64,000 bases of DNA, taken from NCBI RefSeq assembly GCF_006345805.1, contig NC_042998.1:125922001-125986000 (forward strand), given 5' to 3'. The notes beneath the pieces were generated by a model. The model was not told the origin of the DNA. It did not search any database and saw only the letters and a list, made by a program, of their open reading frames with translations. Positions within the stretch are counted from its first letter, which is position 1. Each line of letters opens with the position of its first letter. The stretch comes from Octopus sinensis (lineage: Eukaryota). Positions 1 through 13,049 of the stretch are shown piece after piece. The position numbers and the translations under genes were made by a program.

Positions 1-1003
1 GGAATGAGGTAACGAGGAAAATAATGAAAGAAGTGGAACAGAATAAAAGAAATAGAGGGAAGAGGTGGAGCAGATAGAGAGAGAGATGCAGTGTAATACA
101 TACATGCATGCATGTATACATACATACATACATACATACATACATACATACATACATACATACATACATACATACATACATACATACATACATACATACA
201 TACACACACGCTCATATCTATGTATGTATGTATGTATGTATGTATGGATGGATGGATGGATGTATAAGTAAAAAGTGAGGATAAAAGAAAGACAGAAGGG
301 GAAAGGTGAGAGCTTAGTGTTAAACTATTTTAGGGAATCTGATATTGGTGTCTCACACCGGCACAGAACTACAAATTTGTAGATGAAACATATTTATAAC
401 CGATTGATTAGAGGGCAGTTCAGGAATTGCACTTATTTCATAAATCCCGGCGGGAGGGGAAAACACTTGTAGGGATTTGTAAAAATTTAATTTCAGAACG
501 TTGACAGGACGAAACTAAATACTATAATGGAATTGTTTATGTCGATACTTTGCCATTTCTGTCATACTAGCGATTTTAGAATTTAAAATCTAATTATTTT
601 TAACATTGGCACAATATCGCACATTATATGGATTTCAATTGTTAATTGGTAATTACATTATATCGGCAGCAGATGAATGAAGATGAAGTCAGTCGTGGTC
701 AGATTTGAATATTAGAAGCGAAATGTAAAGAACTTATTGACTTCGACAACAATTGTTAAGTACGAAAAATAAAATTTAGATCGCGACATTCCACCGATTC
801 TAAAAATCTATCCTATACCTTATTAAATTTAATATATGAAAAAGTTTTGACATCTTCTATAGTTTTGATATAAAGGTACCTCTTTTATAGGCTGATGTCG
901 AATTCGAACACGAAACGCAAAGGTAACTAAATGCTGCAAGGCATTTTGTTTGATGCTCTACTGGTGGTGCCATCTTCTATCCTATTACTGATTTAGTTTT
1001 AGC

Positions 1004-1260
1004 TTAGTTTAACCGTCCTCCCGAACGCTTCAATGATTTCATGCGAGCACGCCATCCATCACCGTCCTCTGTGCTTGTTCTGAACTCGTCAACATTTGCC
1101 ATTCCGCTGTCCTAAAGCAAGTTGTCCACATAGGTAAGATCTTTTTCTTCCCCTGTTAATCTTTCTTTAACTGACTGACATAAGACCAGTTGACGCACAG
1201 GTCCTCCTGGGTGCTTGATACAATAGCCAGCAATTCTCATTCATCTCTGCTGAATCTTTT
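1004..1260 (-). mobile_element. 3' end of a degenerate RTE-type LINE
   Basis: Minus frame reads AGYCIKHP..LVLCQ...LTYVDNLL*DSGMANVDEFRT..ED.DGWRARM...GGRLN*, resembling RTE C-termini. Confidence 0.65.
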
Positions 1261-1811
1261 CATAACTCGAAGAGCCAAAATAATGACTTCTTATGAGCAC
1301 CTGATTCGGAAAGGGTGTTTTTTTATCTCAAGTTTTTTTTTGTTATGTATACATATATGTATGCATTTTTACATAAATTTACACATGTGATGTTCATACG
1401 TTATCGATGAACGTCATACTTGGATAATAAAATTTGAAGAATAAAAGATTGCACAAAGAATGAAGAAAAGACCTTTCCTCCTTTCATAATCTGTTTTCTT
1501 CAGAGCCTTGCCAGGTGGCGGGTCAAAATATATACTAAAACTTCAACAACGTAGAGAATATGAACATGCATGCATGCATGCATACATACATACATACATA
1601 CATACATACATACATACATACATACATACATACATACATACATACATACATACATACATAATTAGTAAACATGAGAATAATGCCAACATTGAACGGAAAC
1701 ATAATCCCTCTAGTTTTGAAGATTACATTTTTGCGACCCAATAACAAACATAACAACAAAACACCTGTTTAAAAAGGAACTACCTAAGCCGGAAAAAATG
1801 TTAAATATAAT

Positions 1812-1972
1812 AGGCGCAAACGTAGCTGTGTGGTAAGTTTCCTTACTAACCACATGGTTCCGGGTTCAGTCTCACTGCGTGGCACTTTGGTCAAGTGTTT
1901 TCTACTATAGTTTCGGGCCGACCATAGCCTTGTGAATGAATTTAGTAAACGTGAACTGAAAGAAGCCCGCCT
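1812..1972 (+). mobile_element. SINE family B 5' half (other partial copies: 12075-12250 -, 13049-13110 -, ~19965-20190 -)
   Basis: Head and core up to CTGAAAGAAGCCCG. Confidence 0.85.
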
Positions 1973-2319
1973 TATATATAAATATGTGTGTGTGTGTGTT
2001 GCTTGTTACAATGCACGTTGCTTGTAGGACACTTGAATGAATAAAAATCTCAGTTAACCTTATACCCATGATTTCACCATTAATCATCAAATAAATCAAT
2101 TAATTCGTCAATTAATTGATTAATTAATCATCCGTAGCTCGTCAGTAAGGTCGCTGGAAAATTCATAATTATGAAAATATAATACCATGTGGATTCCTGA
2201 TATGTTAGAGAGGGCAATCAAAACCCAAACTACAAAGATATTTTTACATTGAAAGTTGCTTTATTTGATCATTAATGGTAAAACAATTTTTACCCTGTAT
2301 TTATACATACATACATACA

Positions 2320-2429
<110 letters not shown>

Positions 2430-2566
2430 ACCGCACATGCTCAATGTATATTTTGCTTGTTTGCCAGCTCGCTGCCGTGGCGCCTTGGGAATAACTCCCT
2501 CAAAACACTAGGTGTTAAAACATGTGTGTGTGTGTATGTGTGTGTGTGTGTATGTGTGTGTGTGTG

Positions 2567-2610
<44 letters not shown>

Positions 2611-3113
2611 CGTCGTCGTCTTTGCCTGTTTCTCGTTTCCGAGAATTTCAGTTCCTTCCTGATTGGGTGGTTCCTCTATATTGATAATCTTGATGACTAA
2701 AGAAGGTCAATCCCACGCGAAGGAATTATGACAAAGAAGCGTTGGCGGTGGGTGTGGTTGTTTCCGTTGCTATTGTTTCATTTTACTTTCTTTACGTTTT
2801 GTTCGTTAATGAAAAACGCTCCAGTATTTTAATAATCTGAAGATAAACTGTCGGTGTTTCATAACTTCATAATAATGTTGAAATGTCGTCTGCTTGATAA
2901 TCATCGGCATCGTGTATTGGTTTAGATTTATACTTATAAGGTCTCGCTTTTTCTGCTTTTCCAAATACTAATTAGATTGATCCAACTCTTTGTTTCACAC
3001 ACTTTCCAGAGTCGGAAAAGGCTTCCAAGATAGGTATATAATCAGCTTTATGGAGAGTTGTATCAGAGATGATGATGAAATCAAAGAGACTGATTTTTTT
3101 AGATTGTTTAAGA

Positions 3114-3297
3114 CTGAGGTCTCCAATGTGGTCGATATTGATCCGTGGGGCGGGGTCGACGGAACTATTCAAGGGGTCGATAAAAACACACCTACTTAAT
3201 TATTATTTATTTATTTTCTTGTACATGCCTGGGGAGTCGATGAGGAGTCAAGGATTCCATGAGGGGGTCGATGGTCTAAAGAGTTTGGGGACCCCTG
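3114..3297. mobile_element. Short hAT MITE
   Basis: Ends are CTGAGGTCTCCAA / TTTGGGGACCCCTG. An 8-bp TSD with one mismatch is present: GTTTAAGA (3106-3113) and GTTTAAGG (3298-3305). Confidence 0.75.
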
Positions 3298-3688
3298 GTT
3301 TAAGGGAATGTCGGTCTTGATACTTTTTGTGAGACGAAAGCGAGTGTATGCGCCGAAGTTGTTGACAGATTGTTAAGTTTCCGACGTGAGTGACAGAGAG
3401 TTGCATTATCAACTTCGTATTGAATGTCTGAAATGCGTTGGATGGTGGCATGTTGATGTAATCGAAATCTGGCTATGTTTTATAACCCACTTTCAAAACA
3501 GCTTATGGCTTTAGCATCTAGATTGTCCGGATGAAATTTTAAAAATAATTGCAAATAAGCATAGAGAGAAGAGGGTAGATGTGAATATGCATCTCTGCTT
3601 CAAAGCCAAGCCGCATGTAATCAGTAACTGTTGAAAAAGTTTGCTTTGGTGCAAACACACAGCCCGGCATACTGTCGTGGACTGATTG

Positions 3689-3766
<78 letters not shown>

Positions 3767-5269
3767 CTCTCTCTCTCTCTCACGCACACACACTCACTCT
3801 CTCACACACACACGCACACAAACTCACACTTACAAGCACACTCACACATATAATTGTGCAATGAAGATGCGATAACCTAGTGGTGAGGGTACTTGACTCA
3901 TGATCGTACGGTGTGGGTTAGATACCCATACTGTACAATTCCCGAAACGGGTGTCATATTGTGTCATTGAGCAAGAAATATATCATGTGCTTTGGGGCGA
4001 TGGAACTCGTCTTCCTGGAATGCTGATATATATACATATATTGTTTGAAATTTGTGTGAATGTGTATACAATAATATATCAGTTGAATAAAGTTAAAATA
4101 CGGTCTGGTTTTCAAGTTTTTATTATGGTATTTTAACATTAAAAAGTAAATATTTTGTAATGCTCATAACGTTAAATTAGCGTTTTCATAGATAGAGTAA
4201 TCATCAGATTTCAAATGTGTTTAACTGACAGTTGAGTTCTTGACAACTATAGTACCTCTTAAAACGCTCCAACACGCTGAATTTTTAGAATACGGTTTTG
4301 ACCAATCCGCATGCAGTTTAAACATCACGGTTTTAAATTTATTCAACTGAAATATATATAAATATGGCCTGGCTCTCCATCAAAGTGTACCAGTTGATCC
4401 GACCAGTCGAACAGTCCGCTCGTGGAATTAGAGTGTAATGGGCTGAGCAGTCCACAGACACGCGTGTCTTTGACGTAGTTCTCAAGGAGATTCAGCGTGA
4501 CACAGAATGTGACAAGGCTGACCCTTTGAAATACAGATACAACTCATCTTTTGCCAGCTGATTGAACTGACTGCATATCCATTGAAAGTCAAGGCTACGA
4601 GAATAAACCTTGAGGATAAGTCCAGTGTCGGAGCCTGTAAGTCACTACGTTGCTACTTACTTCCTCGTTCTTATAGTTCTCGTGACGACGCTGGTAAGAC
4701 CTGTGACAGTTTTACCCTTCTTTTAGACTCAACGGTGTCATGAAGAATGGAGGCAAAAGTTTGCTCCCCGTAATACCGCTCAAGCACGCATCCTGTCTTA
4801 CACCTGTATAAATACTCATGTCTACAGCAGCGATCTGGAGAGGATGCTCCAATTTTGCTTGCCGTGTTGACACCATATAGCGGGTGGCTTTAGTTATCAA
4901 TAGATTAGCATACAGCTTAACGGCACGGATTATCCCTAACAGTGGGAAGGATTTTTGGATTCCACAAAACAACTACAACTACAACTCAAGCCAAGGAACC
5001 CTTAGCCAATAAAGTACTGTCCCGCAACAATCTTCTATCCCTTCTAAGGTGCATGGGAAATAGGAACTATCCAAACAGCAGATCGAAAACAAAAAGTATC
5101 GCACCAAAACAACAAAGGAGACCAATTCTAAAGCTGTTGAAATGTCCGGAAAATGATGACTGGTCTCTCTGAAAACATCCAGAATATCAACTCAAAGAAA
5201 TCACCTGTCATGAATAATGCGATCAAAAGATTCACGGTGGATATAACAGTCTTTCAGAAAAGGTGGTTG

Positions 5270-6050
5270 TCAGCTTGGACGCATTAAAAAAGAAGTGCTG
5301 AGAACAGTTATCCCCTTGTACGTCGTTCCCATTAACCTCATAAATGTGTACAACAAAGACTGCCTTTTTAAGGTTTTTGTTAAAATAAACTTTCCACATA
5401 AAACTGCAAGAGCATGACAAAGTCTTTCGACATCAACAGGAAAGGAGCGATGAAACTCAATGGTAGCTCTTTTAGGCTCTTCAACATTTGCAACGGTGTC
5501 AAATAAGGCTGTGTGTTCGCACTTGTACTCTTCAGAATCTTCTTCGTTGTGCATCTTAACAGAGGCTATCTTGTTTCAGAGTGTAGACAAAATTATGTTT
5601 TGTTCTCATCAGGGGCATGCTGCTCGCTGATGATGCAGTAGCTATAGCTTACTCCTATCAGGAACTTCAGTCGGCTCATTTTCTCTCACGCTCATTTTCT
5701 CTCACGCTTATATGGATTTCGAACTGAGAGAAAAAAAAAACGACAGTCCTGGGACTTCTGACCGTCAGCGAAACATGTGAAGACTGAACACCTTCGATTT
5801 GAGAAGTATTCGTTGTATCATAAAGCTAACCCGGTAACATAAATTGTTCAAAGCAACAGCGCTACGCTTGATATCTCAATATGTACATTCAGCTGAAACA
5901 GTGAAAACTGCGTCTAGTGCATAGAGAAATCACGTCTAGCCTCCCAGAGCATATCATCTATGGAGAACTGGCATTCGGGAAGAGGTTCATTGGCTGTATC
6001 TAGGTGCTCTACAAGGCCGTTTAAAGGACAGGCATGAAAGCACATGATAC
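5270..6050 (+). mobile_element. Old degenerate RTE LINE RT relic
   Basis: Frameshifted pieces read NGVK*GCVFALVLF, LIRGMLLADDAVA, LNTFDLRSIRCI and IIYGELAFGKR, colinear with RTE RT. Confidence 0.75.
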
Positions 6051-6165
6051 CAATACGGAATCCCGGGAAATTCCTGAAGATAGGGAGACAAGGTGACGCT
6101 CAGAATTGGTATCTCAAAGCAAGAAATAATGATGGTGGACAGCTGCAGCCTAAGGAAGGGTGGGG

Positions 6166-6199
<34 letters not shown>

Positions 6200-6419
6200 A
6201 CACACATATCACACACAGACACACAGATGCGCGGTCGCGTGCGTAAATGTGCGTGTAAAAATAAGTAGAGACGTATGTACGGATATTTTAAATGTGTACA
6301 TAGTATACATGTGAGTGTGCGCGCGTATAGACGTGTACACGTGTGTGTGTGTTTCCGTGCATATGTTTGTATGACCGTGTATAATATATATGCGGCATGT
6401 TCGTGTATATATATATATT

Positions 6420-6638
6420 TCTCTCTTTCTCTTTTACTTGTTTCAGTCATTTGACTGCGGCCATGCTGGAGCACCGCCTTTTAGTCGAGCAAATCGACCC
6501 CAGGACTTATTCTTTGTAAGCCTAGTACTTATCCTATCGGTCTCTTTTGCCGAACCGCTAAGTAATGGGGACGTAAACACACCAGCAGCGGTTGTCAAGC
6601 GATGTTGGGGAGACAAACACAGACACACAAACACACAC

Positions 6639-6706
<68 letters not shown>

Positions 6707-6869
6707 CGACGGGTTTCTTTCAGTTTCCGTCTACCAAATCCACTCACAAGGCTTTGGTCGGCCCGAGGCTATAGTAGAAGACACTTGCCCAAGGTGCCAC
6801 GCAGTGGAACTGAACCCGGAACTGTGTGGCTGGTAAGCAAGCTACTTACCACACAGCCACTCCTGCGCC
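6420..6869 (-). mobile_element. tRNA-derived SINE, family B, full length with an internal microsatellite
   Basis: Head GGCGCAGGAGTGGCTGTGTGG..GGTTCAGTTCC, core CCTTGGGCAAGTGTCTTCTACTATAGCC, internal (TA)n, tail CCAGCATGGCCGCAGTCAAATGACTGAAAC. Confidence 0.92.
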
Positions 6870-7745
6870 TATATGTGTGTGTACGTGGTATGTTTACGTT
6901 TGTGTGTGTGTGTGTGCGCGCGCGCGCGAGTAAAATATAAGTGGTGTGTTTGTGTGGGTGTGTCCATGTAATCAACAGTTTGTCATGTCAATATCTACAA
7001 TGCCATAAGAAATCTCACTTATGTAAGTCGTCTTCAGCTCCGTTAACGGCAACCCTCCACTCACCTCGCCCTCTTCATATTCGTTGCCACCACTGCTTGC
7101 TAGAAAAAAAAGGTTTATACTATTAAATACGTTATTTTATTGAAAGGAGAGGGGAGTGAATGACAAGTGCGCGTACATGCGTGCGTGCGTGTGTACGTGA
7201 GTGTGTGTGTGTGTGTGTTTGTGTGTGTGGTAGAGCAGGAACTGTTGCTTGCATATGCGAGAGCACACACACACACACGCACACACATACATGCACACGC
7301 ACACACGCACACACGCACACATGCACGCACGCATACACGCACGCATAAACGCACGCATACACGCATACATATGCATTTAACACACGTAATCTGTGCGCGC
7401 ACGCGTGTGTACGTACGTACGTGTGTGTGTGTACGTAAGTGTGTTCGGATAGTGAAAGAACCAGTGTACACACACACATACAGACACTCGAATACTATAT
7501 ACATTTGTCTACGAAAGTGCACGCTGGTCCCACCCCTCTACCCGTGCCCACCCACGCACACATACACATGGCTGTATATATATATATATATATGCCTATA
7601 CACACACACATACAAATCCACTCATATATGTATGTGTATGTGTGTGTGTGTGTGTCTGTGTCTGTTTATCCTCCTACAAGATACAATGTTGTTGATTTAA
7701 GTAGGTGGGTATACATATACATACAAGTATAAGTACATACATACA

Positions 7746-7863
<118 letters not shown>

Positions 7864-8001
7864 GTATGTATGTATATATAAGCGCCTTCTCATACACTCA
7901 TCAGAAGTCAGTTTGGCAACTCTATCTGCAAACACGAGAAGTTATTACTTGTACACTTTGTCACTTTACTTTTATCTGCTCCCATCATATAAAAGCTTCA
8001 T

Positions 8002-8032
<31 letters not shown>

Positions 8033-9221
8033 ACAATAAGAACAATAACTGCAGCAAATCCTTCATTCACAAAATACACCAGAGTACTTACTACTACTAC
8101 TACTTCTACTATTACTACTTCAGGTGATGGCATATTATATGTAAAAAAAGATACGCTGAAACAATTCCCTTTTATAAAGAGAATCTGTGACTAGAATTGA
8201 AAAGGAATTTATATTTTGGGAATTGTTATAATTATTGTTGTGGTTGAGTTTATAGTTGTTGCTTGTTGCTCCTAAATTATTTTAATAATTTTTGTTATTG
8301 TTATATTTAATTTTATTCTAAAGGAAAATTGTTATTGTTGCTGTTGTTGTTACTTAGTTTTGTATTCTTTTTTTTTATTTTAAAAAAGTTATTGTGTCTT
8401 GGAATGAAAAAAACCATAGACTAAATCTAAATTTGATATTCAATCTTTAACCGAGAGAGACAGAGGAATAGAGAGGCAAAAACAGAAATAGAGGCAGAAA
8501 GAAAGAAAAAAAAAACAAGAAAGAAAAAAGAAAGTGAAAATTTTACAGTGTGGGATTGATTATAAGAGAGAAATTCTGAAATTCTTTGGCTTAATTCCTA
8601 AACCATCGGGAAATACCAGGAAGGAAAAAAATATTAAATATAGGACCAAAGTCAAGACGAGAGTGGCAGTAGCAGCAACAGGAGCATAAATAACAAGAAC
8701 AACAACAACAACAACCACTAGATTTTGTTCTTTGTTTAAAAAAAAAAACGATAAGAAAAGCTATCCACGAAACATTGGCTTTCTTGGGATTCTCTACCAA
8801 AAACACTAACACCAACACCTGCTGATTCTATCATTATTTATTACTTTTATTATTATTATTAATATCCGCATCATCAGTAGCAGCATCAGCATCTTCGTTA
8901 TTATTATTATTATTATTATTATTATTGCCTATATTTAGTCGTCCTGCAGTTGCTTTGTAATATTTCTCACTTTGGAAGACAACTTACAACTGCAACAACA
9001 ACAACAGCTGCAACGGCAACAGCAGCAGCAGCAGCAGCAAAAACAAACCACAACAACGATAACAACAGCCCGAAACAGTTCATACATGCGAGCACTAATA
9101 ACATAATTTATAATAATACTAATGGTAACTATAACAATTAAATAATATTTTATAAATAGATATATAAAAACGAGGGAAGTTCCTGAAAAATAGTGCTGAG
9201 CGAAGCAAAGTTCTTAGGATT

Positions 9222-9513
9222 ATGGCTGAGAAAAGGGAAATTCTTCTGCATTTAACGCGGATAATCTGTGCACTTTTCTGCTTCCATGTGGCAACGTTAA
9301 GGAATTTGGCCACTGGTTATCGTTCCGGGGATGTGAGATTATCCGGTGGCAATGATAAATATGAAGGCTCAGTGTTGGTCTACTCTCGTGGACACTGGAA
9401 AACTGTATGCGGTTTGGAGTGGCATATTTACGATGCCAGCGTTGTATGCCGACAACTTGGTTTTAGGGGTTTACGTCGGCATTTTCGCCACAGTAAATTT
9501 GGAGAAGGCAGTA
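9222..9513 (+). CDS. First coding exon of a secreted or membrane SRCR (group A)-domain protein; lysyl oxidase-like is one possibility, not established
   Basis: ATG at 9222, then a hydrophobic signal-peptide-like stretch (ILLHLTRIICALFCFHVATL). It continues VRLSGG-x4-EGSVLVY-x3-WKTVC-x3-W-x3-ASVVCRQLGF-x10-FGEG, matching the N-terminal half of SRCR. Similarity ends exactly at the donor A|GTAAGT (9514, phase 1). Confidence 0.85.
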
Positions 9514-10911
9514 GTAAGTATCTTTATTTATTTATTTAAATATTTATTTATTGATCAATTTTTATTTCGTGATAGAATTTTCGTTTGACTTTGAATTAGG
9601 AAGGAATTTGAGTTCGATTGGAGCCAATAGTATCAGGTTGGATCTGATGAAAGCGGCCGGGGTTATGGCGGGTATTAGAATTGGGGTAACCTCATTCTCT
9701 TGGATTTTCTCTTTCCTTTTTTCCTTTTTTTTTTTTTTTTGCGTGATATTGCTTTTTTATTTTTAAAAAATGCATTCATTTTATTGTTGATTAAATTTTG
9801 ATTTTTTTTTATCTGTGCTCGAATTTATGTCGGACCGGTATTGATTTAGCTTTCATTTCTGCAAGTTCAATAGAAAAAAAAGTATCGGTAATATAAGCAA
9901 GTCTGAATAACGATTGACTGACTCCCTTGTTGTGGTCCCTTGACTGGGTGCCTACAAAATTATTTTCACTGACACTGTTATAAAAAGTGCTTCTGTATGG
10001 TTTGTCTGCCTGCTAGAAATAACAGCCAACTCACCTTAACACCATGCTCAACTATTTAAAAAAGAACATGGATGAAACAGTTTCTGACATGAAGACGGGA
10101 TGACTACGGTTGGAACGCCTTTCCTTGATCAGAGCTGTCTTGGGTCTAAATATCAGCACAAACATTATGTCACATATACACAAGGCTAATTATATACACT
10201 CTTACAGACACAAAAGTACATGAAATCATACGCATTCATATACACCCGAAAACTACGAAAACTTGCATATATGCACATAGGTGCAGACATATATGCACAC
10301 ATGTGGCTGTATACGCATGCATATAAACACACCCACGCACCAACAGAGATGCGGGTATACCTACGATTGTGTGCTAGCATGTTAAACTAAACTTATCCAG
10401 GCAAAAACCTCACCCAAGTACACACAATGTGAAACATACACAAACACTGACACACTCGAACGCACGCGCGGGCACACACACGCACACACACACATACACA
10501 TCTACATTCAAACTAACAAACAGGTAATATGTCCCATACTCTAGCGTGGATAGGGAACTCGGGACCCATTTAGTAATATCTGTGAAAAAATATTGCTGTA
10601 CAGTCGACGCTGCTTTTTATAAAGATGGAAAAGGTTAGCTATCAGTCATCGAAATTAATAGGTCCCTCAGGCTCTCAACGTATTGTTATATCATCTACTT
10701 AAAGTTATCAGTCGGTTTTTGCCATTTGAAAGGCTCTATGTCAAAGTGATAACAATAAGCAACTTCCATTATATCACAAAAAACTCACTGGATGCAAAGT
10801 GTTGTTTTCATTCATATATTTATTAAATAGCAAACTGTGAAATTCGCGCGCACACAAACACACACACTAACACGCACACAACACATATTCGGCCCCGTTT
10901 AAGCAGTATGT

Positions 10912-10942
<31 letters not shown>

Positions 10943-11102
10943 TATTCATATCTATATCTATATCTATCTATCTATTTATCTCTCTCTCTATATATATATT
11001 TGCAAACATACATTCACACACACAAATATGTGTGCGTGTATGTGTTCGTGCGTGCGTGCATGGATGCTTGTATTTATTTCTTTTTCTTTTTTGTGGAGCG
11101 AC

Positions 11103-11147
<45 letters not shown>

Positions 11148-11354
11148 GTATCCAGCACAACACATGCACCGACACATAAATAACTTAACTACACATTAAG
11201 CAGAGAATGTAAAAGCGGGAGAGAGAAAGTGAATGAGATGCGCAGTCAGACAGGCAGACACGCATATATGATTCATTTGCATATATGAATTATATAGTAG
11301 ATTTTTTATATATACATAAAATTTAATATTTGTGCGTGTATAAATATGTACGTG

Positions 11355-11392
<38 letters not shown>

Positions 11393-11727
11393 TGTGCGTG
11401 CGTGTGTGTGTGCGGGCGCACGTATGTGTTTGTGTGTGTGTGGCCTGCTTCTCTGTTGGATACGACGACGTGTATTCCCGTTGACTCGATCAACCGAATA
11501 GTCAGCTCGTGAAGTTAACATTGCAAGGGGTGAGCACTCCACAGACACGCGTATCATTAACGTAAGTTCTCGAGGAGGTTCGGTGTGACACAGAATGTGA
11601 CAAGGCTGACCCTTTGAAATACAGATACAACTCAGCTGAGTGGACTGGAGTAACTTGAAATAATTGTCTTGCTCAAGTACCGAACGTGCCACCGTGTATC
11701 GAATTCACGACCTTAATTTCGTGAGCT

Positions 11728-11767
<40 letters not shown>

Positions 11768-11835
11768 TATAGATAGATAGATAGATGGATGGATGGATGG
11801 ATGGATGGATGGATGGATGGATTGATGGATGGATG

Positions 11836-11882
<47 letters not shown>

Positions 11883-11982
11883 GATAGATAGATAGATATA
11901 TAGATAGATAGATAGATGGATGGATGGATGGATGGATGGATGGATGGATGGATGGATTGATGGATGGATGGATGGATGGATG

Positions 11983-12057
<75 letters not shown>
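11728..12057. repeat. Compound (ATAG)n/(ATGG)n microsatellite with higher-order duplication
   Basis: The block order ATAG-atat-ATAG-ATGG-attg-ATGG occurs twice. Confidence 0.9.
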
Positions 12058-12058
<1 letters not shown>

Positions 12059-12310
12059 CGCATATTCGTTTATTCTTTTATTCTTCCCAGTCATTTTGAC
12101 TGCGGCCATGCTGGAGTACCGTCTTTAGTCGAGAAAATCGACCCCAGGACTTATTCTTTGTGAGCCTAGTACTTATATCGGCCTCTTTGCCGAACCGCTA
12201 AGTTACGGGGACGTAAAACACGCCAGCATCGATGTCAAGCGATGTTGGGACACACACACACACACAAACATATATACACACATACATACATACATACATA
12301 TATACATACA

Positions 12311-12346
<36 letters not shown>

Positions 12347-12353
12347 TACATAT

Positions 12354-12387
<34 letters not shown>

Positions 12388-12414
12388 CATACATATATAT
12401 ATATATATATTATA

Positions 12415-12493
<79 letters not shown>

Positions 12494-12752
12494 AAAAAAT
12501 GAAGTTCGAAAATGCTGCTGTATTATACAATTTTTAATTTTTATATATACATTATAACATGTTTCAGTTCCTGAAATGAACCTTATCAAAAAAAGTTATA
12601 TATAAAAAGAGACAGCTCATGCCGTCAAACACAAGAAATTCATTTATAATACACAACGGAGTCAGACATCTTAGAGTTCATGTATAGTTAATATATAGTT
12701 CATGTATAGTTGATATATAGTTTGAAGTATATGTTCAAAGTGTTCGATGCAG

Positions 12753-12928
12753 AAGGGACTAAAGCCATCTGAATATGGCTAGGGACAGGGCAGGGTGGTG
12801 GGGGTGTTGACACCGTGATGGTGTCAGCCTGTCTGGCGACGTCGATGTTCGCCTGGGGCTAAATGCAACAGTAACACCCCCACCACCCTGCCCTGTCCCT
12901 AGCCATATTCAGATGGCTTTAGTCCCTT
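12753..12928. repeat. Perfect 56-bp inverted repeat around a 64-bp spacer
   Basis: 12753-12808 is the exact reverse complement of 12873-12928, checked base by base. Confidence 0.95.
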
Positions 12929-12977
12929 ATGTTATCGAGCAGTTACTGTCTATATCTCTTTTAGAGAATTATTATTG

Positions 12978-13049
<72 letters not shown>

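Noticed and set aside
4712-4972. Minus ORF containing TGVRQDACLS as a separate LINE RT
   Set aside because: It is a single weak motif with no flanking RT motifs recognised.
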